The notes below the pieces were generated by a model. The model saw only the letters and a list, made by a program, of their open reading frames with translations, did no database searches and was not told the DNA's origin. The position numbers were made by a program, and so were the translations under genes. From contig QKCC01000275.1 of NCBI GenBank assembly GCA_003245835.1, forward strand, positions 364-64,363: 64,000 nucleotides of DNA, written 5' to 3'. The first letter of the stretch is position 1; each line of letters opens with the position of its first letter. Below, piece after piece: positions 1 to 7,787 of the stretch. The stretch is from Spirochaetales bacterium. GTDB lineage: Bacteria; Spirochaetota; Spirochaetia; UBA9216.

Positions 1-1052
1 GTGGGCTGGTCGCCTATATCTACAACAAGACCGGACATAGTTGCAACAACCCTCGTACCCGTCTGATTTGCCAGGTCTATACCGTTATGAAACCGCGTTT
101 TTCCGGTAAATGGATCAGGCCTGTATCCGAAACCGGACGAAAATCGTCCTGCAGTCGGGTAGATAAACAGGGTTCCCATAGCCTTTTTGTAGTCGAATTC
201 ATTCATAGATGCGCCCGGAATAAACAGAGTTTCTCCAGGTTTCAATACGTCTGATTCAAGGTTGTTAGCATCGAGTATGCTGTTCACCGTTGTATTGTTC
301 TTTTTGGCTATTGAGGCAATTGAATCGCCGGCTTTCACCTCATAAGGGATTCCGTCGTACCCGGGAATCTTCAATTCCGTACCGACCTGAAGTCTTCTTA
401 CATCGGTAATCTTGTTGAAGCTGATAAGCGTTCCTATCTTTACGTTATGGTTTTTCGATATCTCCGACAGGGTATCACCGGCCTTAACCGTATAACTTAT
501 TGGGTCACCTGAACTCAGCAGAACCGGTTCGATACCGCTTAATTCACCGGAACCCTGACCGCTGTAATCGGCGGGAAGACTATCGTAAAGTACATCCTCT
601 ATGGCAGCTTCCTGGTATAGCGCCAATCCGTCAAACATTCTGAGTTCGTGAATATAACTGATAATAAAAAATGCAGCGGCTGCCGCAGCGGCTGCTGATG
701 CACCTGTTATGAGTATAGCCTTCGTGTTGATACCGGAAAATTTCTTCCTGAGATTCGAAAAGAATTTACCCGCTTCAACTGCAAAACCCGGTCCCGACTT
801 TCCCGGGGATACTGATCTCTTCTTCACATGCTGCCGTGACTTTCCGGAGGCGGAAACGTTTTTCCTCCGCCGGGGTTTGATTTTGTTTTTCAGACGGTAC
901 ATTATACCATCTGAAGATGAAAAAGAGGAAGTACCTCCAGTATTCTGGTACCTGAACCGCGATGCAGCTTCAATAAGAGATTTGGTTGATCCTGTATTTC
1001 CGGCATTCGAGTGCCGTTTTGCAATCTTTTGTCTGTCAATTAAATCAGTCAT
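1..1052 (-). CDS. LysM-domain M23 family metallopeptidase. The 3' end runs off the window, so it is absent from the ORF track.
   Basis: Hand translation of the minus strand from the ATG at 1052. It gives a basic N-terminus and a hydrophobic anchor (ITGASAAAAAAAAFFIISY). Two LysM repeats follow (YTVKAGDTLSEISKNHNV, YEVKAGDSIASIAKKNNTTV), then the M23 motif GFGYRPDPFTGKTRFHNGIDLA. The frame stays open to position 1. Confidence 0.8.
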   Translation of the reverse strand, partial: MTDLIDRQKIAKRHSNAGNTGSTKSLIEAASRFRYQNTGGTSSFSSSDGIMYRLKNKIKPRRRKNVSASGKSRQHVKKRSVSPGKSGPGFAVEAGKFFSNLRKKFSGINTKAILITGASAAAAAAAAFFIISYIHELRMFDGLALYQEAAIEDVLYDSLPADYSGQGSGELSGIEPVLLSSGDPISYTVKAGDTLSEISKNHNVKIGTLISFNKITDVRRLQVGTELKIPGYDGIPYEVKAGDSIASIAKKNNTTVNSILDANNLESDVLKPGETLFIPGASMNEFDYKKAMGTLFIYPTAGRFSSGFGYRPDPFTGKTRFHNGIDLANQTGTRVVATMSGLVVDIGDQP

Positions 1053-1113
1053 AATACTTACACTATTCATATCGACAATTTTACGATCACATATTACTAT
1101 AAGATGCTTAATT

Positions 1114-1455
1114 ATGTGGAAGTTTTTACTGCTGTCGCTTTCTATTATAACCTTTTTTTCAGTAATTTTTCTGGATATTTACAGGGTTACCGGTAGTTCT
1201 ATGGAACCGGAATATAAAGAGGGCGATCTTGTCATCATTGTAAAATACAGAGGACTTTACCATGATATACAGGAAGGTGATGCAGTTGTATTTATCAGCC
1301 CTGAAACGGGCAGACCGATACTCAAGGAATGCCGGTATATCGACGGTGACGAAGCATTTTTGACCGGAACAAATCTTCCGGAATCTACAGATTCGAGACA
1401 TTTCGGCCGAATATCTATTGAAGACATCAAGGGATGGGTATGGATAAAAATATAA
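1114..1455 (+). CDS. Compact S26 family signal-peptidase-I-like protein (113 aa)
   Basis: Internal ATG at 1114 of track ORF 709..1455. An N-terminal TM helix is followed by GSSMEPEY (Ser box), LKECRY (Lys box) and GTNLPESTDSRHFG (GDN..S.DSR-like box). Confidence 0.6.
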   Translation: MWKFLLLSLSIITFFSVIFLDIYRVTGSSMEPEYKEGDLVIIVKYRGLYHDIQEGDAVVFISPETGRPILKECRYIDGDEAFLTGTNLPESTDSRHFGRISIEDIKGWVWIKI

Positions 1456-3299
1456 AAATCAGATTCATCTTTTTTTCAGCAGTGACCGCTGTTATTGCTG
1501 TCTTAATTGTAGTACGTTTTTTCAACCTGATGATCCTTCAGCATACCCCGAACGAAACAAGTACTGAAAAACCCGCGGTAGAAAGAGGGCCGATTCTCGA
1601 CCGCAACGGCAGAATTCTCGCAATCCAGAATCAGCTCGACTCAGTGGAAACGTGGATACCTTATATCGATAACAAGGAAGAAACCGCAAAACTTTTATCC
1701 GAAGCGCTCGAGCTCGACTATAACAAACTGCTTGAAGATCTGACGACAAGGCGCGGCAGTATGTGGATCAAGCGCAAGATAACCCCGTCGGAAAGCGATG
1801 CAGTCAAAGAGCTCGTTGATCAGGGCAAACTTGAAGGTATCTATCTTCGAAAAGAATATGGAAGGAACTACCCCAAACAAAGGCTCGCGTCGCATATAAT
1901 CGGTTATACCGGAACCGACAACATCGGGCTTGACGGTATTGAATACACAATGAACGATATACTCTCGCCGAAACCCTCCGTCTCGGGGAAAAATGATATT
2001 TACGGAAATCAGCTGTTTCTGACTATAGATTCGAATATAGAATTTTTTGCGGAGAAATTTGCAGCCGAAGCACTCGTTGAACACAAGGCTGAATCAGTAA
2101 TGGTAGTCGTTATGGATGCGAAGAATGCAGATGTTCTTGCATGCGCATCCGTGCCGGACTTTGACCCGAACACTTTTTCTGATTTCAGTGAAAGTGAAAG
2201 AAAGAATAGGGCCTTCTCGATGGCTTATGAGCCCGGTTCCGTTATGAAGGTATTCAGCATAGCTTCCTTTATAGAACTTGGAGGAATCGGCGTTAATACG
2301 CATTTCTACTGCGGGGGAACCTACGTCAGTGATGACTTTCCTACCCCAATCGGAGATCTCGGCGTCTACGGAGATCTCACACCGGCCGGCATAATAAAAT
2401 ACTCCAGCAATGTCGGGGCGGCCTACGCGTCCGAAACAGTCAGCAAGGAAGATTTCTACCAGATGCTTCTTTCTCTCGGCTTCGGCAGCCAGACGCAGAT
2501 GCCGATTCCCGGCGAATCATCGGGACTGCTCAGAAGCCCTGACCGTTGGTCGGCCAGATCAAAACCCACAATAGCATTCGGCCAGGAAATGCTTGTATCA
2601 GCCATCCAGATGGCGACAGCATCTACCGTTTTCTCGAACGGGGGCGTTCTGCTTAAACCTCATATAATTGATAAGATACTGTCGCCTGACGGACAGACAA
2701 TAGAGCATATGGAGCGTGAACCGCTTAAGAGGGTCTTCAGTCCCGAAACTGCGAAAGCAATGCTTCTGATGATGGAAACAGCCACAGAGGAAGGCGGAAC
2801 CGCACACCGAATGCGGACCGAAGGACTGCGGATTTCTGCAAAAACCGGAACAAGCCAGGTTATTGATCCGTCGACCGGGACCTATTCCGACGAGAATTTT
2901 ATTGCCTCTGCGCTCGCAATTTTTCCGACCGAGGACCCCCAGCTGATAATCTATGTTGTCATCCAGAACCCGAAAGGTTCATCATACTACGGCGGACGGA
3001 TTGCTTCGCCGATAGTCAAGAAGATGATAGACGAAACCGTACCATACCTCGGAATCAGGCGTTCGACAGATACTGTGCTTGAACACAGCGGAAAGATAAC
3101 AATTCCTGAGAATCTCAACATCACTGTCGGCGATACGGTTCCGGATTTCACCGGAATGCCCAAAAGAAAACTCCTTAATCTCTTTAATGACAGCAGGCTC
3201 ATCATTAAATTCAGCGGAGAGGGCTGGGTTGTCAGACAGACACCGGCGGCCGGGACCCCGGTAACAAACGGCATGGAGATTCAGCTTGATTTCGAGTGA
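1434..3299 (+). CDS. Class B penicillin-binding protein (peptidoglycan D,D-transpeptidase, FtsI/PBP2-like) with a C-terminal PASTA domain
   Basis: N-terminal TM helix, then SxxK (GSVMK), SxN (YSSNVG) and KTG (AKTGTS). The C-terminal ~65 aa is PASTA-like (VPDFTGMPKRKLLNLF...GWVVRQTPAAGTPV). Confidence 0.9.
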   Translation: MGMDKNIKIRFIFFSAVTAVIAVLIVVRFFNLMILQHTPNETSTEKPAVERGPILDRNGRILAIQNQLDSVETWIPYIDNKEETAKLLSEALELDYNKLLEDLTTRRGSMWIKRKITPSESDAVKELVDQGKLEGIYLRKEYGRNYPKQRLASHIIGYTGTDNIGLDGIEYTMNDILSPKPSVSGKNDIYGNQLFLTIDSNIEFFAEKFAAEALVEHKAESVMVVVMDAKNADVLACASVPDFDPNTFSDFSESERKNRAFSMAYEPGSVMKVFSIASFIELGGIGVNTHFYCGGTYVSDDFPTPIGDLGVYGDLTPAGIIKYSSNVGAAYASETVSKEDFYQMLLSLGFGSQTQMPIPGESSGLLRSPDRWSARSKPTIAFGQEMLVSAIQMATASTVFSNGGVLLKPHIIDKILSPDGQTIEHMEREPLKRVFSPETAKAMLLMMETATEEGGTAHRMRTEGLRISAKTGTSQVIDPSTGTYSDENFIASALAIFPTEDPQLIIYVVIQNPKGSSYYGGRIASPIVKKMIDETVPYLGIRRSTDTVLEHSGKITIPENLNITVGDTVPDFTGMPKRKLLNLFNDSRLIIKFSGEGWVVRQTPAAGTPVTNGMEIQLDFE

Positions 3300-5115
3300 T
3301 GCCCGGGATTTTTATTCTCTCAATATAGAGGTTCTGCATAATAAATACCCCGGTTTTAAAAATGATATAATTTCCAAATATTCTCCGGCGAACGACATAG
3401 CAGTATCAGAGACGGCAGACGGCCTTGCTTCGGCCAGAATTGACAATATCTGGATACATTCCTCAAGACAGCCCGAAAAAGAGGCAAGAAGGCTTGCTGA
3501 AAGCGGTTTGAAGTGGAAATACGGGCTTTGCCTGATATACGGGTTCGGGCTTGGTTACCATGTAGAGGCCGTAAGAAAATATTACCCGGAACTCGAGATT
3601 CTTGTCATAGAACCGGAACCGGGTATTTTTCTTAAAGCGCTCGAACTTCGTGACTTTACCGAACTCTTCAGTTCCGACAAGGTCGGCCTCCTGCTTGATA
3701 CCCCTCCGGGCGTTCTTTCCGGAATACTCAGCAGGCATCAGACTTCGCGTATTCAGACAATTAAACTCCGATCCGTGCTGAACAGAAATATTGAGTATTT
3801 TACAGCGGTTGACCAGAAGGTCCAGACTTTTCTGAGAAAACGAGAAACAAATATGAACACTCTGAACCGCTTCGGAAGAACCTGGACACGCAACCTCTTC
3901 AGAAACATCGAGGTATTCAGTGAAGCCCGCGACTGCGGCATTCTGTTCGGACAGTTTACGGAATTCCCGGCACTTGTACTTGCAGCAGGACCGAGCCTTG
4001 ACCTGATAGGACCGCTGCTGCCCAAACTGGTCAGGAAGGCTGTACTTATATGTGTTGATACCTCGCTCAGAGCAGTGCTTTCGTACGGTGTTGTGCCTGA
4101 CTTCATTGCTGTGGTTGATCCACAGTACCTGAATACCCGGCACCTCGATCATTTGCTTGATTCGCTGCCGGTCGCTGAGCACTCGGTCCTGATATCGGAA
4201 AGCTCAACACATCCTGCAGTGTTCAGAGATATCAGGATTCCTGTACTCTTCTATAAATCATTTTTTCCATTGGGCCGGGTTATTGAAAGGCATGCAGGAA
4301 TTAAATCACAGATAGGTGCAGGAGGTTCAGTATCCACAACCGCATGGGACTTTGCCAAGCGGCTCGGATGCAGGGAAATATATACCGGAGGTCTCGACCT
4401 GGGCTTTCCCTGTCAGAATACTCACTGCAGAACCAGTCTTTCATCTCTGTACACCGCAGCGGGGACAGAGAAATTAAATCCTATAGAGACAATTAACTTC
4501 AGGAATGTCCGCAGCGCGGACCCCTACCCTGTACCGAACAACTGCGGCGGCGAGACGCTTACCGACAAGCGTCTCGAAATCTATAAATGGTGGTTTGAAG
4601 GCCAGATGGATGAAGCCGATAATCGCAGTTATTATAATGTATCTGAATTCGGAATCAGAATAAACGGTATGGAGTATAGATCTGTTGAAGAGCTTTTAAA
4701 AAAACCGGATACAGGAGCAGCTAAAAGACGTATAATCACGGAAATCCTTGCAGAAAACAAAAGGACCGATGAAAATGATTTTAAATCGATCGGTAAAATA
4801 ATACAGGCGGTAATTGATGAATGCCGGCGACTTGAAGAAGTCTGCAGTTCAGCACTCGCTATTCTTGAATCTGTTAAAATTTCTGATAGCGATGCAATCA
4901 GTGCATATCTGGATGAACTTTCGCTGCTTGATAACAAAATCTCAGAGTCGCCGTCGAAAGACATCACCGGATTCATCATTCAGCCTGTGCTGAATGAAAT
5001 TATCGATAATGACGATAATGTCATCAGAAATTCGGAACTGCTTTACACAAATATGCTTGAGGCATGCAGGTTCAACAGGATTCATGCAGAACGCGCGGCA
5101 GCAAGAATGGCATAA
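3286..5115 (+). CDS. Motility-associated factor (Maf, DUF115/MptE-like) glycosyltransferase family protein
   Basis: Central VLAAGPSLD ... ICVDTSL ... GVVPDFIAVVDPQ pattern typical of the Maf/DUF115 fold. The TTG start at 3286 overlaps the PBP stop by 14 nt, and there is no in-frame ATG for about 190 codons. Confidence 0.7.
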   Translation: MISSDARDFYSLNIEVLHNKYPGFKNDIISKYSPANDIAVSETADGLASARIDNIWIHSSRQPEKEARRLAESGLKWKYGLCLIYGFGLGYHVEAVRKYYPELEILVIEPEPGIFLKALELRDFTELFSSDKVGLLLDTPPGVLSGILSRHQTSRIQTIKLRSVLNRNIEYFTAVDQKVQTFLRKRETNMNTLNRFGRTWTRNLFRNIEVFSEARDCGILFGQFTEFPALVLAAGPSLDLIGPLLPKLVRKAVLICVDTSLRAVLSYGVVPDFIAVVDPQYLNTRHLDHLLDSLPVAEHSVLISESSTHPAVFRDIRIPVLFYKSFFPLGRVIERHAGIKSQIGAGGSVSTTAWDFAKRLGCREIYTGGLDLGFPCQNTHCRTSLSSLYTAAGTEKLNPIETINFRNVRSADPYPVPNNCGGETLTDKRLEIYKWWFEGQMDEADNRSYYNVSEFGIRINGMEYRSVEELLKKPDTGAAKRRIITEILAENKRTDENDFKSIGKIIQAVIDECRRLEEVCSSALAILESVKISDSDAISAYLDELSLLDNKISESPSKDITGFIIQPVLNEIIDNDDNVIRNSELLYTNMLEACRFNRIHAERAAARMA

Positions 5116-5157
5116 AAAAAACGGTATGCCTGGACGTTTGCGCATACCGTTAATTAT
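5114..5157. terminator. Bidirectional rho-independent terminator between convergent genes
   Basis: Perfect 10-bp stem, aacggtatgc (5120-5129) pairing with gcataccgtt (5142-5151). It is preceded by A8, which reads as T8 after the hairpin on the minus strand, and followed by taattat on the plus strand. Confidence 0.75.
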
Positions 5158-5240
5158 CAAGTCGGGGTTTTCCCTTAATATTTATTTCGGCGAATATTCC
5201 GGAATCTTTAACGGTTTATTTAGTAAATTCTACAAATAAT

Positions 5241-6779
5241 TCAGGGGAAAACCATCCGCAGGCTGAATGAACGCCCCGTTATGTTTACAAGCTCAAGTTC
5301 TCCGCTGCGGGTCCTGATTCGGCTGTTCACAAGATCGAGTCCGACCCCCCTTCCGGCGTACTCTTCTGACAGGGCCCTGGTTGTGAACCCGGGCTGTATC
5401 AGCAGCTCGAGAAGCTGCTGATCGTCAATGATTCCCTCAAATTTTTCGGGATTGGATGCAGTATCGATACCGGCACCGTCATCGGCTATAAGAATACTCA
5501 GTCCCTGAGGACCCTTTTCTACAGTTACGGTAATTGTTCCGGTTTCAAATTTGCCTGAATCCAGACGCTGTTCCGGTGTTTCAATACCATGCACCACCGA
5601 GTTTCTGATAATCTGAAGGATCGGCTCTGAAATAAAATCGGCAAAGTCCCTCTGAACCCTCGGGTTATCATCGTTAAACACCAGTTCAACCTTTTTACCC
5701 AGTTTAGATGCAAGGTCTCTTGCCGTCCGCTTGTAACCGCTGAAATGTGAATTGAAATCAACGGTCTGCAGATTTGACATCATCTTTTCTATACTGTCCG
5801 AGATAGTTTCGAGCCCCTTCAGCTCATACTCGGCGGCGGCTGCGCTCTCACCGTTTCCGAATACGGAATTCAGGTCTGAAAGCCGCTTCTTAATCTCGGT
5901 CACATATTCGCTGATGGCATCTATCTCCTGCGCTTCCACACTTATATAGCGTTCATGCGCAACCGTCTGTGGATTCAGCTGGATATCCTGCTCCCGCACA
6001 TCGTTTTCATGAACAGGTTCGTTCTGAAGTTCCTTGCCGTAATCAAGCTGAGTGAGCTGAATATCTATTATCTGGTCTATCGACAGCATGGATTCGATTT
6101 TAGCCGCTGTTTGAGCAGTACTTAAAATAACTTTAATGCCGTCATCCACCTGTTCGGCCATAACATCAAACGGAGGATCTACTTTTATAACATTCATTTC
6201 CTGTTCGAGGTTGCTCAAAGCAAGGTAAGCCCTCGGGTATTTCATCGGTTCATCAGCAGCTATAAAAAATGAAAGGCTGTAGAGTTTTTCACCACGGCCT
6301 CGTGCTTCCTTAATCAGCATTATTTCAAAGCTGCTGTAAGGAGCTTCGGCACCGGATGCCATATATTTTTCAGCGAAAATCCCCTGTTCTGCTATATCAT
6401 CTTCATCAGGATCTGACAGCTCTTCCAGCTCGGCTTCATCGGAACTTTTCGAAACTGAAGAAAGTTTCTCGATCTTATCAATAGTTGAAAAACAGAATTC
6501 AATCAACGCAGGATCAACTTCAACAGCCTGCCCCACATTCCTCAGCGGTTCAATAGCAGACTCCATATCGTGTGCTGCTGTTTTTATTTCTTCAAAATCG
6601 AGATAGGCAGCTTCAGATTTTATCGAATGTATACACCGGAAGATGTGATTTATCAGATCGCCTGAATACCCTTCATTTTCAAGTTTTATCAGATTTTCAT
6701 TAATTTCATCTATAAATTTCCTGGTATCCTGTTTGAAGGTGCTGTAAATGCTGCCTTCCGCCATATCAGTCATGTCCAT
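5241..6779 (-). CDS. CheA-like histidine kinase with Hpt (P1), a P2-like region, a dimerisation-like region (P3) and HATPase (P4), but no CheW-like P5 domain
   Basis: Hpt motif CIHSIKSEAAYL; P3-like YISVEAQEIDAISEYVTEIK; N-box IIRNSVVHGIE; G1 box DDGAGID; G2 box GRGVGLD. The protein ends at ...SFSLRMVFP. I moved the start to Met36 of the track ORF. Met41 (6764) sits 1 nt after the upstream stop and is equally plausible. Confidence 0.75.
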   Translation of the reverse strand: MDMTDMAEGSIYSTFKQDTRKFIDEINENLIKLENEGYSGDLINHIFRCIHSIKSEAAYLDFEEIKTAAHDMESAIEPLRNVGQAVEVDPALIEFCFSTIDKIEKLSSVSKSSDEAELEELSDPDEDDIAEQGIFAEKYMASGAEAPYSSFEIMLIKEARGRGEKLYSLSFFIAADEPMKYPRAYLALSNLEQEMNVIKVDPPFDVMAEQVDDGIKVILSTAQTAAKIESMLSIDQIIDIQLTQLDYGKELQNEPVHENDVREQDIQLNPQTVAHERYISVEAQEIDAISEYVTEIKKRLSDLNSVFGNGESAAAAEYELKGLETISDSIEKMMSNLQTVDFNSHFSGYKRTARDLASKLGKKVELVFNDDNPRVQRDFADFISEPILQIIRNSVVHGIETPEQRLDSGKFETGTITVTVEKGPQGLSILIADDGAGIDTASNPEKFEGIIDDQQLLELLIQPGFTTRALSEEYAGRGVGLDLVNSRIRTRSGELELVNITGRSFSLRMVFP

Positions 6780-7458
6780 ATCCAGTCTGCATATATAACG
6801 AAATGATGAGATCCACTTCACCCCGGTTGACCCCAAGTTTGGAAGCAATAATCGTCGAATCAATCCCGCTCTTGTGCAGTTCAATTATTTTTTCTTTTAA
6901 ATCAATACTTTCGTTAATCTTTTTCTCGGGAACTTTAAGGGAGGTAACCATTCCCGACATAGTATTCATTTTATTAAGATGTGAATAAGTCAGTTCACTT
7001 ATATTCTTTTCGGGACCGGTCTGGTCGGGAATTTCAAACAGCAGCTGATCATTTGCCTTTCCAGCAGCATTCCGCTCGTTGTCAACACGGACATTGGACG
7101 GCTGCTGCCTGCGCTCCGCAGAATCATCTGAAACCGTCGCTTTATGTTCCGCGGCCTGTCCGGACAAAGACTTTGCGGCAGGCTCAACCGGAACAGCCTT
7201 CCGCAGCAGAGTAATTCTCTTTTCAGCTGTTTTTATTATTTCTTCAAGCTCCCTGATTTTATCTTCAATAATCAGGATATTTCTTTCAGTAGCCTGATTT
7301 ATCTCGGCAAGAATAACGTCAAGATCGCCGGACAGCGCCTCTGAAATCCTCTCAGAATCCGTAAGCCTGTCGATCCTTCTCCGCAGAAAAAGGTACATAA
7401 CGGCCAGTACCATCAAACTTATCAGAAAAAAAACAATATTAAGCATCATAGCGCTCAT
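6766..7458 (-). CDS. Single-pass membrane protein with a coiled coil and a C-terminal helix-turn-helix-like module
   Basis: N-terminal TM helix (MLNIVFFLISLMVLAVMYLFL) and a heptad-rich region (ILIIEDKIRELEEIIKTAEKRITLLRKA). The C-terminus reads IIELHKSGIDSTIIASKLGVNRGEVDLIISLY. The start overlaps the upstream stop by 4 nt. Confidence 0.6.
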   Translation of the reverse strand: MSAMMLNIVFFLISLMVLAVMYLFLRRRIDRLTDSERISEALSGDLDVILAEINQATERNILIIEDKIRELEEIIKTAEKRITLLRKAVPVEPAAKSLSGQAAEHKATVSDDSAERRQQPSNVRVDNERNAAGKANDQLLFEIPDQTGPEKNISELTYSHLNKMNTMSGMVTSLKVPEKKINESIDLKEKIIELHKSGIDSTIIASKLGVNRGEVDLIISLYMQTGYGHD

Positions 7459-7787
7459 CCGGAAATATCAATGTGGTGCCCGATGTCCGGGTCCTCAAAG
7501 TATTTTTTTTCTTTTTTCTCTTCAACTTCTTCCTTTTTATGCTCGCCTTCTTTTCCGCCGGCGGAACCTTCCCGCCGCTTCTGCTCTTCCTCTTTTATCT
7601 TATCGATACCGGTTTCAATATCCTTGGATTCGGCAACACGATGGTTTTTTTCATCCGCTTTCCGCACCATCTCATCGGCCTGCTTATCCTGCTGTGCAAT
7701 CTCCGCACTCCGTTCAGCAGCCTGCTGCTGTCCGACGTTCTTGAGGTTGCTGTATAAAATCTGCAAATCAAGCGGTGATACCGACAT
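7455..7787 (-). CDS. Small, highly charged (Lys/Glu-rich) hypothetical protein, 110 aa
   Basis: ORF with a 1-nt overlap with the FapA-like stop and a 4-nt overlap with the next gene. I recognise no motif. It is called coding mainly from its tight packing inside the operon. Confidence 0.45.
   Translation of the reverse strand: MSVSPLDLQILYSNLKNVGQQQAAERSAEIAQQDKQADEMVRKADEKNHRVAESKDIETGIDKIKEEEQKRREGSAGGKEGEHKKEEVEEKKEKKYFEDPDIGHHIDISG

Noticed and set aside
709-1113. The 5' 135 codons of track ORF 709..1455 (+).
   Set aside because: This part is antisense to the 5' coding region of the LysM-M23 gene (start 1052), has an odd composition and shows no motif. Only the segment from the ATG at 1114 looks like a real S26-type protein.
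3463-4182. A 239-aa minus-strand ORF.
   Set aside because: It is antisense to the Maf gene, which has clear family motifs. It has no SD and no motif.
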